A DNA stretch of 63,091 bases, the filler included, from Reclinomonas americana ATCC 50394 (lineage: Eukaryota), in assembly GCA_048213135.1 (NCBI GenBank). It is 15 parts of 15 records of this genome, joined end to end, with 100 filler letters (N's around TTAATTAATTAA, not from the genome) between each part and the next. Parts side by side here need not be neighbours in the genome. Positions count along the whole stretch, not along the records: positions 35,503 to 46,021 come from AFZH01022564.1; positions 46,122 to 47,838 come from AFZH01022565.1; positions 47,939 to 52,020 come from AFZH01022566.1; positions 52,121 to 53,498 come from AFZH01022567.1; 11 more parts are not named here. The stretch is one strand, 5' to 3'. The notes under the pieces were generated by a model that ran no database searches, had not been told where the DNA came from, and worked only from the letters and a program-made list of their open reading frames with translations. Positions 39,720 to 52,282 of this stretch are shown piece after piece. Numbering within the stretch: the stretch's first letter is position 1; the number at the start of each line of letters is the position of its first letter. The position numbers were made by a program, and so were the translations under genes.

Positions 39720-42700
39720 TCAAGCAAGAATGCCAAACACGGCCCACTGGTAGTCAATCTGTGTAATGGCGGCGGCCGAGTTCGAGGCCAAGCAGATATC
39801 CATGGCGGCGGCGAGCGGGTTGCTCACAGTCAGCGTGAAGTCGAGGCCACTGTTGTTGGCAGAGTTGATCTGCCAGCCCAGCGAGAACACCACGTACTGC
39901 GGGGCCGGTGTGGTCAACACAGTCTGGAACGAGTGCGTGTTGCAGGAAACCGAGCTGATCGAAGACTGGCCACCCTGCAGCGCGTACTGGCCGCTGGTGG
40001 TGGTCGACGGGAATGCGAACCACGAGAACGCGAGGCGCGAAGCGCGAGAGTCGTTCAACAGGGCAGCACTGCGCGAGCAAGCACGTCAGAAAAACAACGG
40101 AAGGAATGACTGGAAAAAATCCCAACATTGCAACGCACCGGAAGTTGAAGTTGCGCGGTGAGGCGGTGGTGACCTTGCTTGAGAAAGCGTTGGCCGTTTC
40201 CGAGAAAATCCACAAGTGGCGCAGGCCGACAATGATCGACGGCGTGGCGGAGTAGTCCACCGGGAAGCCAATCGAGTCGTCTTGCTCACGAGAGGCCGGC
40301 ACCGAGGCAGGCAGGCGCTCCCAATCGGCGCGGCCGCGCGAGCCAAAGGTGATGTTGCCGGTCGACGACACACGGCCCAGAGAGGCCGGTGAGTAGTGCG
40401 CCAGCACGTACACGCGGAAGCGGTTGATCTTGGTGGTTCTGCGAGAAGAGCGTAAGAGACCAAATACGCTCATCTTTCTTTCAAGGGTGGAAAACCCCCC
40501 CACTCACCCGTATGTGACGCAGCGGCAGCGCATGTCAATGGTGGTGACCGACACGGCCGAGCAGTACAGACGAGTGTCGGACGGGGCGACCACACCAAGA
40601 GCCGACAGACCGACAATAACGTCGGGGACGCGCGCAAACGGCGTGGAGAACGTCACCGTCTCCTCGTACGTGCGCACACCAGTGCCAGAGGCGAACTGCG
40701 ACTCCGTGAACGCATCGTCCGCCGGGGTGAGCTCGGCCGCCACGGCAGCTGCACACGCAAACGCATACGGCATAAACATCACCCTCCTTTTGCGTGCACA
40801 CACTCGAGAAAATAGACGCAACTGCTGCCGGCGGTGACGATGCCGTTGGGGACCTCGGCCCAGGTGGCCTGGTCGTTGAGGAGGTAGCACACCTGCAATG
40901 ACTTGCCTTGCGTGACAGTCATCTTGAAGGAGAAGCGGCGGCAGTAGTTCTGGTCGCTGCACGACGACAGGCCCACAGTCGAGTCGACGGTGGAGTCGAC
41001 GGTCAGGGCGCCAGTGAGAGCCGAGGCGATCACATTGGTCGGGGCGCAGGTGCTGCCGAGTGGCACCACCGAGTACGAGGTGATTTCGGTGAAGAACTGG
41101 CCAAACACGTGCACCAGCGACTCCACATTGATCGGGATGGCATTCGGCGTCACGCCAGTCGGGGCCGGTTGGTTCGGGTCTGTGCTCACACAAACGACCA
41201 CCAATGAGCGGGAGGGAGACCATGCACACAACAGTAGACACGGCAAACGCACCGCCAATCGACATGGTGGCAATGTTCACGTACTCGGCAGTGGAGGTGA
41301 AGCGAGCGCACAGCGGAATGTTCACTTGCGGGCTAGCAAAGGTGACGACGCCGCTGACAATGGCGCGAGTGGCAAAGTACTACAACATCACCCCCGCGAC
41401 GTCAGCTCACCGACACGAATCTCTTTGGCGACAGCCTCTGCTATGCTGCTACTCACCAGCGCAATGTAGTTCGAGTCGAACGAGGCAAACGTGATCGACG
41501 TGTTGCTGACGGCAGTCGGCGCCGTGCATCCGTTGGACGACAGAATGAGAGCATCGGCGTCACCGGAGATGTTGGGCAAGTTGGCGGCGCGGATCACCAC
41601 CTTGGACTTGATCAGACCCGAGGGCACCGAGAGCGGCGACACGGTCGGGGCCACTAAAGCGGAGATAAATGTGAGTACGTGATATCGTCCCTTTTTCCCT
41701 TCAGTGTCCACAAGGTGACGCAACAAATGTTGATCGGAGAACCGCTGAGCGGCATCCAGTAGCCGCCAGAGTTCACACCCGGGTTGGTGCAGAGGTTCAG
41801 CTGCACGGCAGCTGAGGTACGAGCCAGCGTGTTGAACGTCAGGGTGAACTGGAACAGCTGGGTGTTCGAGTTAAGCAGCGGGTTGCCAGCAGTGTAGCCG
41901 ACCGGAATGGCGGCCTCGCCAGACAGCGGAGTCTTGCAGGAGGTGTCGGTGAAGAACTGCAGGGCCACCTGCGGGTAGGTCGGGCTCGGGGGAATCTACC
42001 ACAAGAGGAACACGAATGTGAGGAACCGAGCTGCGGCGACAGTGGAAAAGGGGGTGGAGCGACGAAACAATGCCCTCCATGCCAATGGCCAGCGACGCGT
42101 CACCAACGACCAGCGACACTTGCGCTCTGTAGCAAAATTAGAAGTGAGCGACATGCGATGACAGAGTGGGTGCTTGCAGGCGGGCGACGCAACGGTGAAA
42201 AGATGCACCAGTCCTGGTACTGAATGACCCACTGGCGAAGGCTGGAGGTGAGCGCAGCATTGTTGCTGCCGTTGCCGTCGGTGGCAGTGACAGTCCAGCT
42301 GAAGCGCGGAGAGAGAAGAACGAATGAGTGAGATGGTGGAGACAGTTAAAAAAGAAGAGCCAACATGAGACAACGAAACTCTCCCGCGAGGGCAGTGTTG
42401 ACAAATGTCGACAGCGACTGCGCCGGCTTGAAATCAAACTGGGTGGAGCCAATGCCGATGACATTGCTGTCACCATCGCGAGCGGCCCAGGAGTTGTCGA
42501 CGCTCTGAATGTTGCCCGACATGCCATTGTTCCAGAACCACGCCTTGATGCCCGTCAGCGACGCGCCACCAATGTGCTCGAACAGCGTAACCGTCTGTGC
42601 ACAGTGCATAAGCGTACAAGGAGAGACAGAGAGGAAGATATGCACATGTAGCAGGTCCGTACCCGTCCCGAGTGAGTCAGAGTCACGGAAAAGTCGGAGA

Positions 42701-43135
42701 GAACGTTGCCCTTGAGATCTGCACCATTTTCCGCACAAAGTAAGAACCACAATGAAAAACGCAAGAGAATGCTGCACAAACACACACACTCACCGACGTA
42801 GATGTAGAGACCATCGGCAGAGGTGACTTGCACAGTGCTGTGAGTGTGTGTAACGGATGAATATTTCGTTACATCACACGCGCGCGTGCCACACACACAC
42901 TCAACTTGGTGTTGGGGACCGTAATGGTCTTGCTGCCCGAGAACGTGGGTGCCACCAGGTCCACTCGTCCTGAGTAGAACACACCCGAGCCGTCACTGTT
43001 GTACGACGACACAGGGCGGCAATCAATGGCCAACACCGCCAACGGCAGCACAACAAGTGCCAGTGCCACTGCAGCAATGCATGCTGATGTTGATGTCCTT
43101 GGTGAACGGCGTCCCATCTTGTTTCCTCTCTCCAC
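39720..43135 (-). CDS. Secreted protein B, a complete paralog of A: signal peptide, P-like domain, Ig/IPT-like units, three H-type-lectin-like domains, no TM
   Basis: Signal ACIAAVALALVVLPLAVLA. P-domain-like VTLTHSGR..TVTLFEHIGG..DFKPAQSLSTFVNTALAG-SWTVTATD..LRQWVIQY. Lectin-like GTGVRTYEETVTFSTPFARVPDVIVGLSAL and IGFPVDYSATPSIIVGL. Ends IDYQWAVFGILA* at 39720. Confidence 0.75.
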
Positions 43136-43473
43136 AACACACGCTTTCAGATAACACCTCGTGTCTCACGTGTCTCACCTCTGTTTGAGAAACAGTGAGA
43201 AAAATTGCGCGCGAAAACAAGGGAAACCTCGTCGCACATTCACAAAAAGGCACACACGCACGCACACACACGTGACACGAATGACAGCACGACGGTGGCA
43301 GAAAAAGACGAGAGAGAGAGACGCGCACACAAAAAAGAGTGCGTGTGCGTGCCACGCCAAACCTCGTGAGTGTGTGCGCGCAAGAGGACCAAAAGTTTTT
43401 CGTAACGGAAATGTCGCTTCCACGGGCCGCTCCGGTCGACCGAATGCAGACCAATCACAACAATTAACTTACA

Positions 43474-45960
43474 ATGCGGAGCCTGGCACTGGTTGCGCTC
43501 TCGCTGCTGCTGCTGCTCTGCGCGGCAAGCACTTGCTCAGCGTACTACACGTTGCGTCACCACAAATAAACGGGGGGCAAGCGGAGAGGACAATTTCCGA
43601 CGCACTCACACGCCCACTCTCCGCTCTTCTCAGTGAGGAGTTCCACACGGCAGAGGACACCGAGTCGCTTCTGCAACGCGTGTTTGGCGCCACGCCGCAG
43701 TCACCGACGCAGAATCCGATGGACTGGTTCACTGAGCGTGTTCGTGAATGGGTGGCGTGGGCGCGCGGCTACCGCGCGGCCACTGCGGCCATGAGCACGC
43801 CCACTGATGCAGCGTATGACCCGCGTCGTGCATCAGTGCTGCTGAACGAGGACGAGATGAATGATGAAGGTAATGATGATTGAGATGTATTGATCACTCA
43901 CACTTGCACGCGCACTTTGTTGGTGGTGGTGATGTTGTTGTTGTTCATCTTCTCCTCATATATGCGCGCGTGTGTGTGTGTGTGTGTCACTTGGGGGCTG
44001 TTGTGGAGAGTGGGTGATTTTTTTTAGACAGACACTGATTCCGATGTGCGCGCAGAGGTGAAGCGTCGCAAGGTCGCCGACTTTATCAGCAAGCTGCATA
44101 TGGCCGACGGATCTCCGGTGTGTCACTCGTGTAAATTGTGTTCACAGTGTGTGTTGTCGCTCATTGCCAAGAAAGACTCCGCTGCCCGGCCGCTTCTACC
44201 AATTCATTCCCGAGTACCTGGGCGGGGCGGTGCCTGGGCAGACTCTGAGCTGGTCCACGCCCTGCTTCAAGTCGAACAACGCCACCCTGACGGTCGGCAG
44301 CGCCATGCCCGACGACGGGCGCGATGTGAATAACGGCGGGTTTGAGCTGAGCATCACTGCCGGCTCCGCCACGTCCACGTTCTGCAGCGACTTTTACCTG
44401 CTGGCCACCAGCGAGGGCTTCCACTTGAAGACGATTGCGCTGCACGGACAGCATGTCATTCACTGGGAGTGGAGCAAGAAGGCGTCGGCCGGCGATCACA
44501 CGTGGTTGCAGAATCACGGCGTGGCGGTGCTGCGCTTCATGGGCACCGAGGCGGAGATGGCCGAGACTCTGGCTGCCACCGCCGAGCTCTTTGTGGGTGT
44601 GGCGGAGGGACCCGGCGTCCCCAAGATCATCATGGATGCGAACCGCGAGGCACGTCATCCCTGTCTGCCTCTCTCTCTCTCTCTCATTATTCAAATGCAG
44701 TTCGTCCTCATCAAAAAATCGTTGTCGCACAGTTCCTCGATCAGTACGTCAACTACCCGCTGGTGGAGCGCACCATCACCAAGGTGGAGCTGGACGAGAG
44801 TCTGATTCACTCGGGCGATTGGATTGGCGTGCTGCGTCTTGACGGACTCGAGTTGCGTGCCCCACCCGCTAATCATCTCCTCTGCATTCTTTCTACGCCA
44901 TGCCCACTCGGCTCTGCGTACAGTCCGGTGGAGGCGTGGGGCTCGGGCGCGCACACTGGCCACTTTACGATGGCGCTGTGGATCGACGGCGAGCTGAATG
45001 TGGTCGAGAGTACGAGCAACACCTCGTACTGGCCCGACAACAAGATTCAGCGCCACCCCTACAAGCGCTGGTTGCAGCTGGCCGAGGCCGCCGACATGAA
45101 CGTGATTCACGTGCCGCTGTCGGCGGAGTCGCGGGCGATCTTTAACGAGACCGCCGTGGTGGAGTGGTTCAAGAACGAGGTCGAGGGAGTGGTACGTTGT
45201 GAGGGCAAGGCGGGATATTCCTTGTCCTCTTTTGCACTTGAGTGCTGACTGCTGCGCTCTTACAGCCGTACGGGTGTGTGATTTGTTTTCGCTCCGCCGG
45301 CGAATGATCTTTGTCTTGCTCCTCTCACTTTCTTGCTTTTGCATTCTGCTCCCCCCCAGTTTCCACAATTACGTGAGTCGTGTTGCTCGCTTTTGATCAT
45401 CATGTGGTATTCATTTCTAACATTATCCCTCTCCCTCTCTCACTGCAGTTCTTGTTGCGTCAAGCATGTGCCTCGTTTTGTGTGTATGCTGCTCGCTGCT
45501 CACCCACTGCATTCCTTCAATCGCTCCGTCGACCAACACAGTGGTTTGTTTTTGCGTTGATTGTGCGACCATGTGCCCCTGTCGACTAACGAAGCTCGTG
45601 CCTATCACACAGGCTGGATCGATACGCCCGACAAGAACCTGCCGGCGCCGCTCATCATGAAGACGCTGCAGATCCTTCTTGGCCTCGTGTCGTTTCGTGC
45701 TCAGAATGTGCTTCCCCCCGCACAGTGGGGGCGATTACTGACTGGATGATGATGATGAACGCGACACAGTCACATCAGCCCGGCCACATCGCACCAGATG
45801 TGGGAGGAGGCGTTCAACTTCCGCCTCTTTGGCAATCTCAGCCAGAACCTCACCACCATGCAGATCTACGCGGAGATGGACAAGCGCGGCCTCGACTTTG
45901 GCTCCCTCATGTCCATGGTCGAGCAGGACAAGTGGATGTACAGCGACGGACCGTCGATGG
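43474..45960 (+). CDS. Secreted protein of a conserved uncharacterised plant/protist family with a permuted papain-like (NlpC/P60, YiiX-like) layout; 3' partial
   Basis: Signal MRSLALVALSLLLLLCAASTCSA. Motifs WSTPCF, CSDFYLLAT, IHSGDWIGVLRLDGLDP..WGSGAHTGH, FNETA, FHNY..WIDT, MWEEAFNFRL, EQDKWMYSDGPSM. His precedes the expected catalytic Cys, as in permuted NlpC/P60 enzymes (family call from memory). Confidence 0.7.
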
Positions 45961-46121
45961 GTGTGTGTGTGTTCCCCCCACCTGTTGTGCATATTTCCAC
46001 TCATCCGGTGCCTGACATTTTNNNNNNNNNNNNNNNNNNNNNNNNNNNNNNNNNNNNNNNNNNNNTTAATTAATTAANNNNNNNNNNNNNNNNNNNNNNN
46101 NNNNNNNNNNNNNNNNNNNNN

Positions 46122-47938
46122 GGTGCCGTCAGGCAGCGTGCATACGCCGCAGTTGGAGCCGTTGTAGCCGGCAGGGCACGAGATTGGCGCGCCTTGCGCC
46201 GCACGACCAACTGCCACCCACGTCACGTATTCAATGTCCGACACATCCGCCCCGCTGGCACCGTACGAGATCGCCGTCACATAGTCCTCATTGCCGAGGC
46301 GCTTGGTGGTGAACTGCAGCGACTGCTTGTCGATGCGGTTCTGCACGGTGATTGCAGACGACATCCAGCCACGCAGGAACAGCTGCACACTGATGGTGGC
46401 ACGCAGCAGGCCGTTGGGAGTCGACGGCGTCACCAGACTGGCTGTCTGCGTCGTCGTGCTGCTGGTGTGCGTCGTCTCTGCGCCACTCGCAAAGGGTTAG
46501 ACAAAGAGACGACAGGATGCAGCTCTAACCGAGGGAGAAAAAGAAAACGCACCTCCCGACAGCATCACAAATCCGCTGTTATTCGTGCTGTCAGACCGCG
46601 TCGGTGCCACAGCAAAGCGCGCAGATACCGCCTCCATGCGCGAGTCGCCGCTCACCGTGCCCTTCAGCGCGAAGCTGGTGCGCGAGGCTGCGTTGCTTGT
46701 CACCGAAAAGTTGTCACTGCGAACACGCCCATCGTTGCCCCTTGCCGACTGGCGCATCGACATTACACCGATGACGGCCACGGGAATGGCTGGCACCGAT
46801 GCAAACTGATACGCGGACGACACGCTCACCAACTGCGCACGAGTGGAAGACAGCGATTAAGTTGTCTGAGGGGGAGGCGCAAGCGACGGTCAAATCAACA
46901 CGCAACAGTCGAGCTGTTCTTGTTCACCGCATCGGACAGCCACGCGTTGGTTGTCAACGTGCGCTGACCATCCATCGTCAGGGCATTCGTCTGATGCACA
47001 TAGTACGCCAAGTAGCCTGCACATGCGGCAAAGCGATGAGTCACACTTGTTTTCCATTGCACAGCTCTGGCGAACGCAACTCAGTGTGATAGTGGGTCCC
47101 GGCTGGCCGTCCGTCGACACGCCATGGCAGCGAGTCGACAGCTGCGACACCGTCACCTCTGGCTCCGCACAGAATGCAAAAGTGCCATCATTCGGCTCGT
47201 TGGCCAGAGTGGAGATTGGGCCAGCGGTGCCCTGACGACCGACACTGGCAAAGCCGAGCAACACGCGCGGACGGCGGAAGAACTCATGAGCAAACGTGAA
47301 CTGGATCGTGGTTGCCGTCACCGCCAGTGTCGACATTCTCGGTTTCGTGGTGGCAGGGCCATTGCTGATGTCGTCAGCGGCGAGTGGAGTCGATGTGGGC
47401 GTCGTGCCACTCGCACTGAGGCCACCGGCTGTCATGAACCCGGAGGTGAACGACTCCTCCGCCGACACGTACGGTCCGTTGTTGGCCGCCACACACAACT
47501 TGTAGGCACCGCCACCACTCGATCCGTTCGGGGTGATGGTCGCGCGGAACACGCGGCAGCCAGTCGCGAACTGGCAAGTGTCGGCACCGGTACGCACAAA
47601 CGACGCACCAACACCGCCCGTCAGCGTCGAATAGTCCGACAGAGTGGCGCAGTCGGCGCCCGCCGGCACCAGCTTGAAGCTCGTGCAGTCGGTGAGATTA
47701 TAAGCAGTGGAACCAATCACAACCGAGTTGGCACTGCCGTACTTGAGCACGGGCGGATTGGCAAAAGAAACCACAGGCGTCGACGAGGCGGCGGTCACGA
47801 TGAGCGGGAGGGGTTGCAGGCGGTACACGGCGGTGCCGNNNNNNNNNNNNNNNNNNNNNNNNNNNNNNNNNNNNNNNNNNNNTTAATTAATTAANNNNNN
47901 NNNNNNNNNNNNNNNNNNNNNNNNNNNNNNNNNNNNNN

Positions 47939-48029
<91 letters not shown>

Positions 48030-48967
48030 CCCATCAACGCAACTTGCCACACAGATAGTACACGCCCGGTGACGCCAGCGTGCACGAGCCAGTTGCAGTC
48101 GCACCCAGCGCACCCTGCGCGAACGATGCACCAGTGGCCACCGAGAACAGAGTGTAGAGACCAGCCGGATCACTGCTCTGCAGAGCGATGCTCGAGTTTG
48201 GTGCCGTCGACCCGCTGCAATCGGCGGCCGAGTACAGGCCAAACGAGCCACCGGCACCCAGTTGGCGATTGGCAAAGTGCTGGCCAGTCACCGTCAGGCG
48301 ATAGTCGGCGAGTCCATTGACCAGCAGATGCGGCTTGTTCTGCGAACCAAGGGTGTCTGCGTGGATGGGAAGGGAAGGGAGGAGGAGAGTCAGTCGGAGG
48401 AGGCGCAGGCAAGGGGTGATGTGGCGCAGCGCAGACGCAACAGACAAACACAGTGGCCACAAACTCGTTGTGTGCAGCCGCGCCCGCACTGTCCACGTCG
48501 ATGCACAGGTAGCGCTCACCACCATTGCCATCACCCGACGCATTGAAGGTGAGCGAGGCAGCGGAGATGGTGCTGGAGTTGACGACAGTGGTCGGCGACG
48601 TGCCAGTGCACGCGCGGTCGAGGAAGAGAGTGGCAGTGGAGGCAGTCGACCAGGCAATGGCCGAGCCAATCACATTGATGTTGACGATCTGGCCAGAGGT
48701 GCCGGCCTTGATGGCGATGTTGCTCGGAGAGATGGCTGACGAAAAGAGTTTGAGAAATTGCGCGCGAAAAAATGAGTGCACACACACAATATGGCGTCGC
48801 AAGCATTCAGAGAGAGAGAGAGCATGTGTGTGTGTGTGTTTTTGTGTGTGAGAGAGAGAGAGCTCTGTTGACCACCTACCGACAGATGCTGATGCCGACA
48901 CTGCAGTTGCGAGCAGCACCGCCAGTGTGACCAGCACAGCAGTTGCGCATGTGCATGCCTTTTTCAT
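46122..48967 (-). CDS. Surface protein C: signal peptide, Cys-bearing Ig/IPT-like repeats, three H-type-lectin-like domains, EGF-like start; spans the 47839 gap, 3' open
   Basis: Signal MKKACTCATAVLVTLAVLLATAVSA. Units end in YLCID / YYLCGK / YKLCVA. Lectin-like IQFTFAHEFFRRPRVLLGF and IEYVTWVAVG. CPAGYNGSNCGVC lies at the contig end. Confidence 0.68.
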
Positions 48968-50568
48968 CCCGTTTGACCCGATCGAGCTTACTGTGGCTTG
49001 GTCCTCCGAGTGTGTCGTTGAGAGCTCTGCGTGGAACACACGCGGCATACACACGAAAGGTGGGAAACGAAAAAAGTGTGAGACGTCAAAAGCGCGCGGC
49101 CGCGTGCGCAGCGCAGCTGTCATGACACAACACACGATTCTTCGCCCCTCTCTGCTTTTGAGCCTTCACGCGATGCTCACAGTGAGTGTGACGTGCATGC
49201 GTGTGTATGCGCCAGTGTGTGTGCGTGTGATTCTCTGCATGCGCGCGTGTTGTTCGCATTCTATGTTCGGCGCGGGAATGCTGCTGAACAAGCTGAGGTG
49301 CATGTCTCACCTGCGGAGAAGAGCAAGACGCGTGCGCTGGTTGCAGTCACAATGGAGGAGCGCAGGCGAGGGGAGAGGGGAGAGGCGTTGTCCGTGCGTG
49401 CGGATGCAATGCAAGAAGACAACGAATTGGCGGAGTTCTCGCTATTTTGTTACCCTCAGGCAGAGATATCGATGGTCGACCATTCACTCATTGCAGCTCA
49501 CGACAAAAGAGAGAGAATGTGTTGCGACGGTAGCAAGTCTTCGAAAGAAGGATGAAAGAAACACACAAAAAAGAGAGAGGAATTCGAATCAAGCCTCGCG
49601 TACGCGCGTGCGTGCGCCCTACGTAGGCCTCCCACTAGTACTCCCCACACACACACACATGCCGGCGCCAGAGTGATCAACACGGGAACACATACACCTG
49701 CTCTGCAGCCGCCACAAACTTGCTCCCGTCACTGCTGCAGGCCACCGAATTCCACCCACGAGTGGAATCACGCGCGCGCACGAGCCGTCCACGTCACGCC
49801 AGAGAGTCATGATCAGCGGAGACAAACGCCGTCGTTGTACGCGTTCGCATTCGCCACTGCCATGGCCACCAATTGTTAACTGTACGTACGCATACGCGTA
49901 CGCGTACGATGAGAAGACAGTGGTGAAGATGCAGCGCAGCGCTGCGCGTTGTCGGCTTGTTGTGGTTGTGAATGCGCAACAAACGCAAAGCCATCTCAAC
50001 GCACTTCCGGCGCATGCAGCTGTGAGCAGGCGACTCGTACGCGTTGCTGATCATCTTCTGTGTCGCTGCGCATGCGCAATCACCACCACCAACCCTCGCG
50101 CGCACGTGCTCCACAAACACCACCACCATGCATCTGCGACGACCTTCTCCTTCTACTCCTTCTTGCGTCCGCCTCTCCTCCTCCTCCATCCTCTTCCTCC
50201 TCACCTCCTCCTTCCCCTCCTCACCTCCTCCTTCCCCTCCTCCCTCCTCGCACCGTCCTTGAGCTCCTCCTCCTCCATCTTCGCGACGATCGTTAGAATT
50301 CTCTCTTCCTGTCGAGCTCTCTCATCGCTGCGTCTCCCTCCGGATCCTCTTACCGCTGATGCCGACCACATCATACACAGGATCCTCGAGAGTGCATGCT
50401 TCGAGATGTGCGTTTCCCGCAGTTGCAACCCTTCAATTTTTCAGCGCCGTGTCCGAATTTGCATGCACTTTTGCCCACTTTTTTGACTTTGTTGCGACCA
50501 CGCGCGCGCGACCAACGCATTGGCACAGTTGACGTGTCGTGTCTGTCTGTTTCTGCGTCTTCCACACG

Positions 50569-51933
50569 ATGACAGTCTCGATGCTCGCACGAAGAGGCTT
50601 ACTCTCTCGCGCAAGAAGGAGAGATACGCTTTTGGTGAGTCGCGCTTTTGTCTAGTTTCATTGACTCTCTCGCACACACACACACTCACGCACACGCGCT
50701 TGCACAGGCGCGATGCCTGTCACACAGCACGCTCACCTCATCGGCGTTGCTGACGGTTCTGCTCGTTGTGCAAGTCTCTTTGCCAGCAAAAGGATGGTTC
50801 GAACGCTTTGTCTGGAAACACACACATCATGATCACTCCCTCTCCCTCTCCCACTCTCTCCCCTCTCCCCTCTCTCCCTCCTTCTCCCTTGTCGCCAATC
50901 ACTGCATTCCACTGACCGCCAACAGTTCTCTTGTGCTCATGCGCGTGCACCCTTTTCTCACTCGCTCCACATGATCATGATCACTCAAATCTTCTCCCCC
51001 CCTCTCAGCTCTCTCAACCTTCTCTACTGCACCTACACGTATCCCGGACTGGCGGCGCCTGTGACCATCCAACCCGTGTGCATCACCAACGACATTGTGA
51101 GCTATCTCGACTACTACAACAACTCGTGGCACTCGGGGTTCGAAGTTCAAGACGGCTTTGTTGTGTTGCTCCCGATCCGTCTCTTTCACATCATATCTCT
51201 CTCTCTCTCACTCTCACCGCCCTGTCACGCAGATTGCATATTTCCTCATTGACAACACCGACAAGCTGCACTGGGTGTACGAGCTCAACATCGACGGTGG
51301 TGTCGGCAACTCGGGCCACTTTCTCAATGCGCGCATGACCGCCACTACTCCATACAGCCTTTTTTCGATTGGCACGCCGTATGTGGCGCAAAATGACCCT
51401 GGCGAAGGCGGATCGTGGGTGAGAGGGAGAGTGTGAGAGTGTGTGTGCATGTGTGTTCGAATATCTGACTGGTGACTGCTGCATTTGCAGACGGGAAACA
51501 GCAACTCGGGTGAGCCTCATGACATGCGCATGCTTTGTGTTCGAAACTCTCTGCTGCAAGTTCTCGGCTCACGTTTCCTTTTTTTTTGCAGCGACTTTTT
51601 CGTCCTCATTCAATTGGCCAACGTACAAGAGCGACGGCATGGCCATGGGTCCGTTCCCGATCAACGGCCAAGTGTGCTTCACCTCCGACTTGAGCGGTGC
51701 GTTTTTCTTTCGTTACGCAGCGCTCTTGCATTTGTGGCACGTCGATTGATTGTCCTCATTGCCACAGGTCCCTCATTCTCCACCGACATTGCGAGTTATG
51801 CGGTGGTGGACTGGAACAATGGCGCGTGGACGAGAACGCCCATCGTCCTCAACGGGTTGCAGATGTGCTGCTATCCGAGTTCGTCAGCGAGTCCTACCGT
51901 GCACAGCATCTCGCACTCGAGCTCGCTCACTTG

Positions 51934-51975
<42 letters not shown>

Positions 51976-52217
51976 ACTCGTACGTACGTACGACGTACGT
52001 ACGTACGTACGACGACGACGNNNNNNNNNNNNNNNNNNNNNNNNNNNNNNNNNNNNNNNNNNNNTTAATTAATTAANNNNNNNNNNNNNNNNNNNNNNNN
52101 NNNNNNNNNNNNNNNNNNNNGTACGAAGTGTAGTGCGTCGTCTACCGTACGGTTCGTTCGTACGACGGTCGTACCCGTACCGTCGTCACACGACACTCTC
52201 GCCACCTACGACGTCGC

Positions 52218-52282
<65 letters not shown>

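Noticed and set aside
49190..50500. Possible small genes between genes C and D
   Set aside because: The ORFs are built from CT/CA-rich low-complexity sequence with no coherent exon chain or recognisable motif.
51974..52215. Palindromic (GTAC/ACG)n tracts flanking a gap
   Set aside because: These are simple repeats at contig ends inside an intron and may include low-quality sequence; no evidence of function.
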